A model generated the notes under the pieces. That model ran no database searches and was not told the DNA's origin. It saw nothing but the letters and a program-made list of their open reading frames with translations. Source: Dehalococcoidia bacterium (lineage in GTDB: Bacteria > Chloroflexota > Dehalococcoidia > Lucifugimonadales > Lucifugimonadaceae). From it: 64,000 nt of DNA. Of this stretch, positions 53,837 through 62,853 are shown piece by piece. A program made the translations under genes and the position numbers. Positions within the stretch are counted from its first letter, which is position 1; every line of letters starts with the position of its first letter. Location: assembly GCA_965261995.1 (NCBI GenBank), contig CBDHEH010000001.1, positions 6,036 to 70,035 of the forward strand, written 5' to 3'.

Positions 53837-54664
53837 TCAGCGTTGGTCACGCCTTCGTCGGATGAATTTGTCAGTGCGCTTGTTGCGGCGCGTCTTGTAG
53901 CCCAGCGTGGGCTTGCCCCAAGGCGACTTCGGATTCGAGAATCCGATGCCTGATCGACCCTCGCCACCGCCGTGCGGGTGCGCGTCCGGAGACATCGCTG
54001 TACCGCGGACATGCGGTCGTCTGCCGCGGTGCCGGGAACGTCCAGCCTTGCCGAGCTTGATGTTTTTGTGGTCCGGGTTAGAAACAACCCCGATGGTCGC
54101 CCTACACTCTTGTCGGACCTGGCGCATTTCGCCGGACGGCAAGCGCACCAAGATGAACGAACCTTCGTGAGCCATAACCTGTGCGCCGGTGCCCGCACCT
54201 TTGGCGAGTTGGCCACCGCTGCCAGGCGTCATCTCGATGTTGTGAACCATGGTTCCTTGAGGAATGTCCATCAACGGCTTCGTGTTGCCCGGCAAATCGG
54301 GAACCTCGGAGCCCGACTCGACCTTGCGGCCAACCGTCAATCCCTGAGGTGCAACGATGTACGACTTTTGGCCATCTTCATATTGGATAAGCGCGATTCG
54401 GGCGCTGCGGTTGGGATCGTACTCGATCGCCATAACCTCGGCCTCGCCACTTCGGGCGCGTTTGAAATCGACCATCCGGTATCGACGCTTGTGTCCACCA
54501 CCTCGACGACGAACCGTGATCCGGCCCGTGTTGTTGCGCCCGGCCTTTTTGACCAACGGTGCAAGCAACGACTTCTCGGGCTTCTTCTTGGTAATGTCCG
54601 AAAAATCGTCGACAACATTGTTGCGACGACCCGGAGATGTTGGCTTGTGTTCTTTCAATGGCAT
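53837..54664 (-). CDS. rplB: 50S ribosomal protein L2
   Basis: ...GGGHKRRYR...[13 protein letters not shown]. Confidence 0.97.
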   Translation of the reverse strand: MPLKEHKPTSPGRRNNVVDDFSDITKKKPEKSLLAPLVKKAGRNNTGRITVRRRGGGHKRRYRMVDFKRARSGEAEVMAIEYDPNRSARIALIQYEDGQKSYIVAPQGLTVGRKVESGSEVPDLPGNTKPLMDIPQGTMVHNIEMTPGSGGQLAKGAGTGAQVMAHEGSFILVRLPSGEMRQVRQECRATIGVVSNPDHKNIKLGKAGRSRHRGRRPHVRGTAMSPDAHPHGGGEGRSGIGFSNPKSPWGKPTLGYKTRRNKRTDKFIRRRRDQR

Positions 54665-54681
54665 GTCGAGAAATCCGTTAA

Positions 54682-54966
54682 CTATGCGCCCTCAAACAGG
54701 ACGATCGTGTCGCCCGGCACCAGCGTCACAATCGCTCGCTTAACGTCGGGTCGCTTCTTCTCTCGGAAGCCGCGGCGCTTCATCTTTCCACGCCGGCGGT
54801 ACGTGTTGACAGACACGACGTTCACATCGAACGCCCATTCGACAGCACGCGCGATTTCATATTTGTTGGCCTTCATGGCCACATCAAAAACGTATCGATT
54901 CTGTTCGTTCAGCAGCGTCGACTTTTCCGTGATAACCGGTCGCAACAATGTCCGTGCGATGTTCAT
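54682..54966 (-). CDS. rplW: 50S ribosomal protein L23
   Basis: [11 protein letters not shown]... Confidence 0.95.
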   Translation of the reverse strand: MNIARTLLRPVITEKSTLLNEQNRYVFDVAMKANKYEIARAVEWAFDVNVVSVNTYRRRGKMKRRGFREKKRPDVKRAIVTLVPGDTIVLFEGA

Positions 54967-55637
54967 TCTGACACCTCCACAGCATCACCAGAAGCGTCCA
55001 TGGCCTCGCCATCAGTGACGTCCCAAAGTGACTCGATGCGCTCCACTGCTCCGCGCGTTGCAACGATGTGCGCCGCACTGACGGTGGTTGTCACGTTCAA
55101 ACAATCAGCAAACGTCACTTCGACGCGTTCGGCACCACGGGCGGAAAGCACCACAACGGGTTCATTCGCCTCGGTTACCAGCAACGTTCGACCAGTGACA
55201 CCGAGAGCTTGAACCAACTCAACGACCTGCTTCGTCTTTGGCGTATCTATGGTGAACTCGTCAAGGATCGTCAAACGATCTTCTCGCACTTTTTCACTAA
55301 GCGCAACGCGGAGCGCCTGTTGACGCATCTTCTTAGGAACTCGTTGGCGGTAGCTGCGCTTGTGCGGACCAAATATGACTCCACCGCCGACCAATGTGGG
55401 CGATTTGCGGCTACCGAGGCGGGCGCGCCCGCTGTGCTTCTGCGCGTGCAGCTTACGGGTCGAGTAATTCACTTGACCGCGCGTCTTAGTCTCATGCGTA
55501 CCCTGGCGGCGATTCGCCAACTGTGCTTGAACAATTTGATGCAAGAGCGAGTCGTTAGAAGGCGCAGACCACACCCGGTCGCTCACATCGACGCTGCCGA
55601 CAACGTCGCCGTTTCTGTTTTTTACTGATAACTCCAT
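54963..55637 (-). CDS. rplD: 50S ribosomal protein L4
   Basis: MELSVKNRNGDVVG...QRQGTHETKTRGQV...GGGVIFGP. ATG at 55637. Confidence 0.95.
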   Translation of the reverse strand: MELSVKNRNGDVVGSVDVSDRVWSAPSNDSLLHQIVQAQLANRRQGTHETKTRGQVNYSTRKLHAQKHSGRARLGSRKSPTLVGGGVIFGPHKRSYRQRVPKKMRQQALRVALSEKVREDRLTILDEFTIDTPKTKQVVELVQALGVTGRTLLVTEANEPVVVLSARGAERVEVTFADCLNVTTTVSAAHIVATRGAVERIESLWDVTDGEAMDASGDAVEVSE

Positions 55638-55650
55638 AGCGAGTCCTACT

Positions 55651-56346
55651 TCAACCCTGCTTCTCGATGCGCACAAGGCTGTTACGAGCCCCGGGCACCG
55701 GACCTTTGACCAAAATGTAGTTTTGAGCAGGATCAACACCTGCAACCGACAGTCCGCGGGTCGTCACGCGGCGGTCGCCCATATGGCCCGCCATGCGAGT
55801 ACCCGGCCAAACGCGGCCAGGATATGTGCCGGCTCCTACGGAACCAGGGGCTCGATGACGATCCGATTGACCGTGGGTCTTCGGTCCGCCCGCGAAGCCA
55901 TGTCGTTTCACGCCGCCTTGGAAACCCTTACCCTTCGATACACCTGTCACTTTGATGGCATCGCCCGTCGAAAAGACGTTGGCTCGTATCTCCTGTCCGA
56001 CCTCGTACTCGCCGAGGTCCGACACCTTGAACTCCTGCAAATGCCGGAAGTTACCGTTTGCGCGCTCGAAGTGACCACGCATCGGCATGTTCACTTTGCT
56101 CGCCCGCATGAAACCGATCTGTACCGCTTGGTAGCCATCGCGCTGCTCGGTCTTGACCTGAGTCACCACGCACGGGCCGACCTCGACCATTGTTACCCCG
56201 TTGGCCCGGCCTGCGTCGTCGTAGATGACGGTCATGCCAATCTTGCGCCCTAGCAATCCGGGCATGGATTGCGGCGCTTCCGGAATGGCGATGTCAACCG
56301 CCACCGTCGATTCGTCGACCACTTGTTCTTGTTCTTGCGTCGTCAT
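55651..56346 (-). CDS. rplC: 50S ribosomal protein L3 (about 25-aa acidic N-terminal extension)
   Basis: ...GLLGRKIGMT...FQGGVKRHGF. Confidence 0.95.
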   Translation of the reverse strand: MTTQEQEQVVDESTVAVDIAIPEAPQSMPGLLGRKIGMTVIYDDAGRANGVTMVEVGPCVVTQVKTEQRDGYQAVQIGFMRASKVNMPMRGHFERANGNFRHLQEFKVSDLGEYEVGQEIRANVFSTGDAIKVTGVSKGKGFQGGVKRHGFAGGPKTHGQSDRHRAPGSVGAGTYPGRVWPGTRMAGHMGDRRVTTRGLSVAGVDPAQNYILVKGPVPGARNSLVRIEKQG

Positions 56347-56398
56347 CTCTCGCCGTTCAGATCATCAAGCCGAGGGCCATGTAAAGGCCGCTGCGGCT

Positions 56399-56716
56399 TC
56401 ATTGAATTACTTTTACGCTGACCTCCACGCCATTCGGGACGTTCAATCGTTGGAGGACATCCATCGTCTTCGAACTCGGTTCCACAATGTCTACTAGACG
56501 CTTGTGCAGCCAAAGCTCGAAATGTTCTTGCGAGTCCTTGGTGATGTGCGGTGATCGAATCACCGTGAATCGGCGGCGCCGGGTCGGCATCGGAACCGGG
56601 CCCGAAATCTGCGCGCCCGTCCGCGTCGCCGCGTCTAATATCTGCTCCGTAGCCTGCTCCAACAAGGGTGCATCGTAACCACGAAGCATTATGCGCATTT
56701 TGCCGCTTGCCATCAA
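56399..56716 (-). CDS. rpsJ: 30S ribosomal protein S10
   Basis: KMRIMLRGYDAPLLEQ...GPVPMPT. Confidence 0.96.
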   Translation of the reverse strand: MMASGKMRIMLRGYDAPLLEQATEQILDAATRTGAQISGPVPMPTRRRRFTVIRSPHITKDSQEHFELWLHKRLVDIVEPSSKTMDVLQRLNVPNGVEVSVKVIQ

Positions 56717-56724
56717 TTTATTGC

Positions 56725-58881
56725 CTACCTATCCAATGTTTCCAGAACGTGCTGCGGCATCACGTCGTAGTGATCAAGTTCCATATTGAAATCGCCGAAC
56801 CCTGAGGTTAACGATCGCAGATCCGTCGAGTAGTTAAAGGTCTCGGAGAGCGGGACGAATGCCATCACGCTACCAATGCCTGCCTGCCCTGGCTTTGGCT
56901 CCGAGGTCTCCATCGACTGGATCTTCCCGCGCCGTGAGTTCAGGTCGCCGATAACCGGGCCGAGCATGTCGGCCGGCATCACAACTTCTTGTCTCATGAT
57001 CGGTTCAAGTAGTCTTGGCGATGCCTTGTGCATCGCGGCTTTGAACGCCAATGATCCGGCGATCTGGAAAGCCATCTCCGAAGAGTCGGTGTCGTGTTGC
57101 GCACCGTCAGTGAGCACCGCTTTGACATCGACTACCGGGTAAGAAGCAACGATCCCAGATCGCGCCGCCTCCCGGAATCCTTTTTCAATCGGGCCGTACC
57201 ACTCGGTGCTTAGGGTTGCGCCGGTGATCTCGCTTTCAAATTCAAGGCCCGAACCGCGCGGCAAAGGTTCGACTCGCATTGAGCAGACACCATATTGGCC
57301 TCGTCCGCCGGTCTGGCGCACGAAACGACCCTCAGCTTCCGCAGATTTGCCGATCGTCTCACGGTATGCGACTCTTGGTCGACCGCGGGTGCAATTGACG
57401 CCGTACTCGATCCTCATGCGGTCCAGAATGATTTCCAGATGCAACTCTCCCATACCGGCCAGCAAGAGTTGTCCGCTCTCATCGTCAGTCGAAAGTATCA
57501 GAGTTGGGTCTTCATCCACCAATTTCATCAACGTGGTCGTTAACTTATCTTTGTCGTAACGGCTTGCGGCTTCAACAGAGATCGACAGCACCGGTTCTGG
57601 GAATTGGATCTGCGCCATCGCCACCGGCGCGTTCACCGCACATAGCGTATGCCCGGTTTTCGTTGACTTCAATCCAATCGCCGCAACGATCTCGCCAGCT
57701 CCCGCTTCATCAACCGGCTCTCGGACATCGGCTCGCATCCGCAACAGTCGTCCGATGCGCTCTCTGCCTCTGACTGACGGATTGTAGACGGTCATGCCCC
57801 GCTTCAACACACCCGAGTAAACACGTACGAAGATCAGTCGGCCGGCATGCTCGTCGGAAATTACTTTGAAAGCAAGTGCGCTGAGCGGTTCATCGTCGTT
57901 AGGGTGTCGCTCCAACTTGCGGTCCGGATGCAGCGGTTCGAAGCCCTCCGCAGGCGGCAAGTCCATCGGCGACGGTAGATAATCCAAGACCGCGTCCAAC
58001 AACTGGTGTGTGCCGCGGTGTCGCAGCGCAGCCCCAGCCAAGACGGGGAAGAGTTTGATGTCGATCGTTGCCTGCCGAATCGACGACTTCAATAGGTCTG
58101 CCGGTACTTCCTCGCCCATTAAGTAGAGTTCGGCCAAGTCGTCGTCGAATTCCGCAACCTTGGCAACTAGCTCCTCGCGGGCGGCGTTGGCAAGATCTAG
58201 GTGATCCGCGGGAATTTCGGCTTCACGCGGCTCAAGACGACCATTTCGGTCAACCTCAGCAGAAGGGTCTTGCCACTCGTAGTAGAACGCCCGCATGTCG
58301 ACTAGATCGATCACGCCTTGGAAATCCGCTTCTTGCCCGATCGGAATCTGGATCGGGACGGCATTCGCGTAGAGGCGGTTTCTCAGCGTCGACACTGCAT
58401 ATTGGAAATCCGCGCCGATACGGTCCATCTTGTTGACGAACACAATCCGCGGAACGCGATGTTTGTCGGCCTGTCGCCAAACCGTCAACGATTGTGCTTG
58501 CACACCGGCGACGGAATCGAGCACGACGGTAACGCCGTCGAGCACGCGCAAGCTACGCTCCACCTCGGCAGTGAAATCGACGTGACCCGGAGTATCGATG
58601 ATATTGATCTGGTGGTCGCGCCACGAGACGTTCTGCGCCGCCGCGGTGATTGTGATTCCACGCTCGCGCTCTTGCGGCATGTAGTCGAGGAGCGCGGTGC
58701 CATCGTCAACGCGGCCGATCTTGTAAGTCTCGCCGGTGAAATACAGCACGCTTTCGCTGACCGTAGTCTTACCCGCGTCGACGTGCGCGATAAATCCGGT
58801 GTTTCGCAGATTCCGCAGGTCTCGGCCGTTAGCGGCGGGAGCCGGTTCAGATGCAGTTCTTTTTTTAGATGTCGTTGTCAT
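56725..58881 (-). CDS. fusA: Elongation factor G
   Basis: NTGFIAHVDAGKTT...DTPGHVDF...NKMDR and domains II-V. ATG 58881 is preferred; the track ORF extends to 58929. Confidence 0.93.
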   Translation of the reverse strand: MTTTSKKRTASEPAPAANGRDLRNLRNTGFIAHVDAGKTTVSESVLYFTGETYKIGRVDDGTALLDYMPQERERGITITAAAQNVSWRDHQINIIDTPGHVDFTAEVERSLRVLDGVTVVLDSVAGVQAQSLTVWRQADKHRVPRIVFVNKMDRIGADFQYAVSTLRNRLYANAVPIQIPIGQEADFQGVIDLVDMRAFYYEWQDPSAEVDRNGRLEPREAEIPADHLDLANAAREELVAKVAEFDDDLAELYLMGEEVPADLLKSSIRQATIDIKLFPVLAGAALRHRGTHQLLDAVLDYLPSPMDLPPAEGFEPLHPDRKLERHPNDDEPLSALAFKVISDEHAGRLIFVRVYSGVLKRGMTVYNPSVRGRERIGRLLRMRADVREPVDEAGAGEIVAAIGLKSTKTGHTLCAVNAPVAMAQIQFPEPVLSISVEAASRYDKDKLTTTLMKLVDEDPTLILSTDDESGQLLLAGMGELHLEIILDRMRIEYGVNCTRGRPRVAYRETIGKSAEAEGRFVRQTGGRGQYGVCSMRVEPLPRGSGLEFESEITGATLSTEWYGPIEKGFREAARSGIVASYPVVDVKAVLTDGAQHDTDSSEMAFQIAGSLAFKAAMHKASPRLLEPIMRQEVVMPADMLGPVIGDLNSRRGKIQSMETSEPKPGQAGIGSVMAFVPLSETFNYSTDLRSLTSGFGDFNMELDHYDVMPQHVLETLDR

Positions 58882-59030
58882 TGCCCTTTGGGTCTTTAGA
58901 TTGGGGATCAACTCCCATCCGTCGTTCACTCGACGGCGTTCGTGCTCGAATCAATCCTTGTGTGACGTGCTGGCTTTCCTGTCGTTCTCAAAATCGTGCC
59001 GACTTTAACATCGGCAACGACCGTCTTGGT

Positions 59031-59501
59031 TTACCACCTGAAGTGGGCGTATGCCCGGTTCGCTTCAGCCATTCGCTGCAACTCGTCTTTCCGCCGCACC
59101 GCCGCACCAGTGTTGTTGGCAGCATCCAACAATTCCGTAAACAATTTTCTGGCGATCGGTTGTCCCTTGCGCGCCCGTGCGGCGCTGACTAACCAGCGTT
59201 GCGCAAGCGCCTCCCGGCGTTCCGGCCGGACTTCGTTCGGCACCTGATAGGTGGCGCCACCAACTCGACGAGGCCGGACCTCCAAAAGCGGAGTCGAGTT
59301 CGACATCGCCTGATGGAACGCATCCAGCGGGTTCATGTTCATACGTTGGCCCAGAAGACCAAGAGCGTCGTAAACCGCTCGGCGCGCGGTACTCTTTTTT
59401 CCGCCGAGCATCACGCGATTAATGAATCGCGCAAGCTCCTCGTCGCCGTAACGAGGATCTGGTTGGGTTATGCGCCTTTCGGCCCTTCGTCTTCGTGCCA
59501 T
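59031..59501 (-). CDS. rpsG: 30S ribosomal protein S7
   Basis: MARRRRAERRITQPDPRYG... Confidence 0.96.
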   Translation of the reverse strand: MARRRRAERRITQPDPRYGDEELARFINRVMLGGKKSTARRAVYDALGLLGQRMNMNPLDAFHQAMSNSTPLLEVRPRRVGGATYQVPNEVRPERREALAQRWLVSAARARKGQPIARKLFTELLDAANNTGAAVRRKDELQRMAEANRAYAHFRW

Positions 59502-59736
59502 CTTTTGGTTCGTTTCGTGGTGCCGCGATACGTGCTTGGTAATCGATATTTCTTTAACCGGAGTCGGGTGCCATTTCGGCTGCGTCCCGATAAGGGTCGC
59601 GTCTGCAGACGTTGCGAGATTAAGGTGTTGACATTCCGCTCGGCGCTACGGATTTCGACGGCGACGACGCGCCAATCAGCTTCGCCTAAGCGTTTCGCTA
59701 CGAATTCTGCAACAAATTATATACCCACCACCCCGT

Positions 59737-60165
59737 TCAAACTCCTCGCGGAGTCCCATATTTGCTGCGGCCCTGGCGTCGGCCTTCCACACCTTCAGTG
59801 TCCTTGGTTCCACGGATAACGTGGTAGCGGACACCCGGCAAGTCACGGACTCTTCCTCCCCTGATCAGAACCACTGAGTGCTCTTGCAGGTTGTGGCCTT
59901 CGCCCGGAATGTAAGCCGTCACTTCGACGTTGTTGGAGAGTCGTACCCGTGCCACCTTGCGAAGAGCCGAATTCGGTTTCTTCGGCGTAACGGTCCGAAC
60001 TTGTAAGCAAACTCCTGCCTTCTGAGGCGAACCCTTTTGAAGCTCACGAGTGCGACCCGTGAACGAGTTACGAATCGCGCGCAACGCCGGTGTCTTCGGC
60101 TTCTTGCGCGTCCGCTTGCGGGGGTTTCTTACGAGTTGGCTTAGCGTCGGCAACGCGTTCTCCAT
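59737..60165 (-). CDS. rpsL: 30S ribosomal protein S12
   Basis: [12 protein letters not shown]...[13 protein letters not shown]. The start is ATG 60165, or TTG 60153, which would give the classical MPT... N-terminus. Confidence 0.96.
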   Translation of the reverse strand: MENALPTLSQLVRNPRKRTRKKPKTPALRAIRNSFTGRTRELQKGSPQKAGVCLQVRTVTPKKPNSALRKVARVRLSNNVEVTAYIPGEGHNLQEHSVVLIRGGRVRDLPGVRYHVIRGTKDTEGVEGRRQGRSKYGTPRGV

Positions 60166-60259
60166 CTGTTTGGCTTGTAACGTAATTCGATTCGTCGGTT
60201 CACGCCAAATGGCGCGCGAACACCCGAACCACAGTTACGCAACAACCGCTAAACGTTAA

Positions 60260-60288
60260 ATCATACAAATCTCAATGTGCATCGTCAA
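60260..60288 (-). promoter_or_regulatory. Sigma-70-type promoter candidate for the rpsL operon
   Basis: On the reverse strand: TTGACG, a 17-nt spacer, then TATGAT. It lies about 95-110 nt upstream of the rpsL start. Confidence 0.5.
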
Positions 60289-60465
60289 CCAACTCTCGAC
60301 CGTCAAACACCCTTGACGCCCGCAGGATTTCAAACCCCTTTTCGACTGTAATATCCTAAGTCCATCGCGCTGACGTACGCTGCACGTCCTAGTTCTGCTC
60401 TCAGTAGCTCGCGATCCTGCTAATCCCAGTACCATCGACGGTTCGGAAAAACCAACTCACACGGC

Positions 60466-61185
60466 ATGACGACTCTCATCCTCTATGGGTTCAATAACCC
60501 GCACTCGAACGCCTTGATTGATGAGTTGCGTTTCCATGACGAGTCGCTGGTAGTGATCGATGCGGTGTGGGGCCAAGAAGTACAACACAAAACGTCAATG
60601 CACGATGAAGTTGCGATGATTTGGTGCATTGGCTCTTCCATCCCTCTACCGATCGCAGTCACCAACGAGATTGCCAGCCACGGAACGCCGGTAATCGCGA
60701 TCACCGAAGAATCGTGCGCCGACCTTTTCGATTTCAACTCCGGTTACATCGAACTGTGCTTCAACTACCCGTCTGCAAGCGAAGTCAAAGCGCGAATCAA
60801 GGCGGTACGGGCGCGCGCTACGATCCAATCGGAACCGATGATCGTGCACGGCGATTTGACGATCGACGTAAGCAGTTTCGCTGTCTCGTTGAATGGTCGC
60901 AACATCGAGCTCACTTACAAGGAATACGAACTACTGAAACTCTTCGCCTCAAATCCGGGTCGCGTGTTTCGTCGGGAAGACATCCTTAATCGGATATGGG
61001 GAGATGACTACTTCGGAGGTACTCGAACCGTCGACGTTCACGTGCGACGGTTGCGCAGCAAATTAGACGACGTTAGCCACAACGTGATCGAAACAATGTG
61101 GCGAGTTGGATATCGCTTTAGCGTTCCCGAAGTGCGTGCAAATCCCGCCAATGACGGTGGTAGGGCGATGGCGGGCGCAGTGTAA
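60466..61185 (+). CDS. OmpR/PhoB-type winged-helix regulator with a degenerate (pseudo-)receiver domain
   Basis: The C-terminus LTYKEYELLKLFASNPGRVFRREDILNRIWG...TRTVDVHVRRLRSKL...VGYRF fits the family. The N-terminal 115 aa are receiver-like, but the DD pair (LILYGFNN), the phospho-Asp (AMIWCIG) and the conserved Lys (FNYP) are all substituted. Confidence 0.8.
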   Translation: MTTLILYGFNNPHSNALIDELRFHDESLVVIDAVWGQEVQHKTSMHDEVAMIWCIGSSIPLPIAVTNEIASHGTPVIAITEESCADLFDFNSGYIELCFNYPSASEVKARIKAVRARATIQSEPMIVHGDLTIDVSSFAVSLNGRNIELTYKEYELLKLFASNPGRVFRREDILNRIWGDDYFGGTRTVDVHVRRLRSKLDDVSHNVIETMWRVGYRFSVPEVRANPANDGGRAMAGAV

Positions 61186-61348
61186 CTGGGACTTGACGAT
61201 TTTTATAAAATTATCGCTTTCTCAAACGGGGAATGAGGTGTTGTCGCCTACGGTGCGAGGCGCCGCCGCGAATTTGGTTCCCCACGTCGCAATTGAGTTC
61301 AGGTTCGCGCAACCTCACTACAACTGAACCTACCGCCAGGACGAAATC

Positions 61349-62776
61349 GTGCAGACTGCGTCAAATACTCAGAGACCCACCGCTAGATCGTTCGACGACG
61401 AGGCGAAAGAGTTCGTCCTGCGGTCGGCGAAGGAACAAGACGTTCGTTTCATCCGACTGTGGTTTACAGACATTCTCGGGTCGGTAAAAGGCTTTGCAAT
61501 AACGATCGACGAGCTGGAGCATGTGCTCAATACCGGTGCCAGCTTCGACGGTGCTGTTATCGACAGTCTCGCCCGTAGCGATGAAGTCGACACGGTCGCG
61601 GTGCCCGACCCAACCACTTGGCAGATACTACCTTGGCGCCCAAGTCAAGACGCCGTCGCCAGCATGTTCTGCGACCTCAGCACACCCGACCGGCAACCGT
61701 TGCCAACTGATGGTCGGCACATTCTCAGAACGGTGATGCGCAGGGCCAGAAAACTCGGCTACAACTTCTACGTCGCTCCTGAACTCGAGTTCTACTACGC
61801 GGACGACAGCGACGAGTACTACAAATCCGCGAACGACCGAACATCCATGAACAGCGGCGTTGATTACCAGGACGCCAATATGTCGGCGCGTTTCAACCGC
61901 GCCAGTCGTTATTTCGATCAAACTTCACCAGACCTCGGCGGGGCGGAACTTCGTCGAGAAGTCGTTTTGGCCCTCGAAAAGATGGGGATTCCTGTTAAAC
62001 ACAGTCATCACGAAGTGGGCCAAGGTCAGCACGAAATCGACCTCCGACACACGAACGCGCTTACTATGGCTGATTCGGTCGTCACGTATCGAGTTGTTGT
62101 TAAAGAGATCGCGGCGCGCATGGGTGGGCATGCGACGTTCATGCCGCAACCCTTCTCTGACCGTCCCGGCTCCGGTATGCACACCAACATGTCGCTCTTT
62201 AGCGGCGACGATAACGCTTTCTTTTCCGCCGACGAAGACGAGTTTCATCTCTCCGAAGTCGGCAAGAAATTTATCGCCGGTTTGGTGACACACGCACCAG
62301 AAATCACCGCAATTACCAACCAGTGGGTCAACAGTTACAAGCGTCTAGTTCAAGGCTCGGAAGCTCCGATCTTTGCATCGTGGACGGCCGGCAACATGAA
62401 CGACCTTATCCGAGTTCCCGCATTTCGGCCTGGTCAAGAAGCCAGTATGCGAGTGGAATATCGAGCGCCAGACGCCGCATGCAATCCTTACCTCGCGTTT
62501 ACCGCATTGCTTGCCGCGGGTCTCGAAGGCGTCGAGAACGATTATCCCCTCTCAACGCCAATCACTGACACTAACTTTGCAGGGTCCCATACGTTGCCAA
62601 GATTGCCCAGCTCGCTACAAGAAGCGGTCGCCATCGCGGACAAAAGCGAACTGTTGAGGAAGAGCCTCGGCGACCGAGCGGTCGACAGTTTCTGCCGCAA
62701 CAAATACCTCGAGTGGGACGAGTTCAACCGAACCGTCACTGACTTCGAGACCAACCGATATCTCGACGTTCTCTAA
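61349..62776 (+). CDS. glnA: Glutamine synthetase, type I
   Basis: VRFIRLWFTDILGSVKGF...HHEVGQGQHEI...; GTG start. Confidence 0.92.
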   Translation: MQTASNTQRPTARSFDDEAKEFVLRSAKEQDVRFIRLWFTDILGSVKGFAITIDELEHVLNTGASFDGAVIDSLARSDEVDTVAVPDPTTWQILPWRPSQDAVASMFCDLSTPDRQPLPTDGRHILRTVMRRARKLGYNFYVAPELEFYYADDSDEYYKSANDRTSMNSGVDYQDANMSARFNRASRYFDQTSPDLGGAELRREVVLALEKMGIPVKHSHHEVGQGQHEIDLRHTNALTMADSVVTYRVVVKEIAARMGGHATFMPQPFSDRPGSGMHTNMSLFSGDDNAFFSADEDEFHLSEVGKKFIAGLVTHAPEITAITNQWVNSYKRLVQGSEAPIFASWTAGNMNDLIRVPAFRPGQEASMRVEYRAPDAACNPYLAFTALLAAGLEGVENDYPLSTPITDTNFAGSHTLPRLPSSLQEAVAIADKSELLRKSLGDRAVDSFCRNKYLEWDEFNRTVTDFETNRYLDVL

Positions 62777-62853
62777 CAGTCGCGGCGGCCAACGAACGAT
62801 TTCGCTGGCACGATATTAAGATTCAAGTTTGAACTTCCAGAGATACACGGTCG

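Noticed and set aside
53972-55018. 348-aa plus-strand ORF in the track.
   Set aside because: It is antisense to rplB/rplW/rplD. Its Arg-rich translation is typical of a GC-rich antisense frame.
59716-59740. TATATAAT box just downstream of the rpsL stop, as an internal promoter for rpsG-fusA.
   Set aside because: The only -35-like hexamer (TTGAAC) is 11-13 nt away, which is too close for a sigma-70 promoter.
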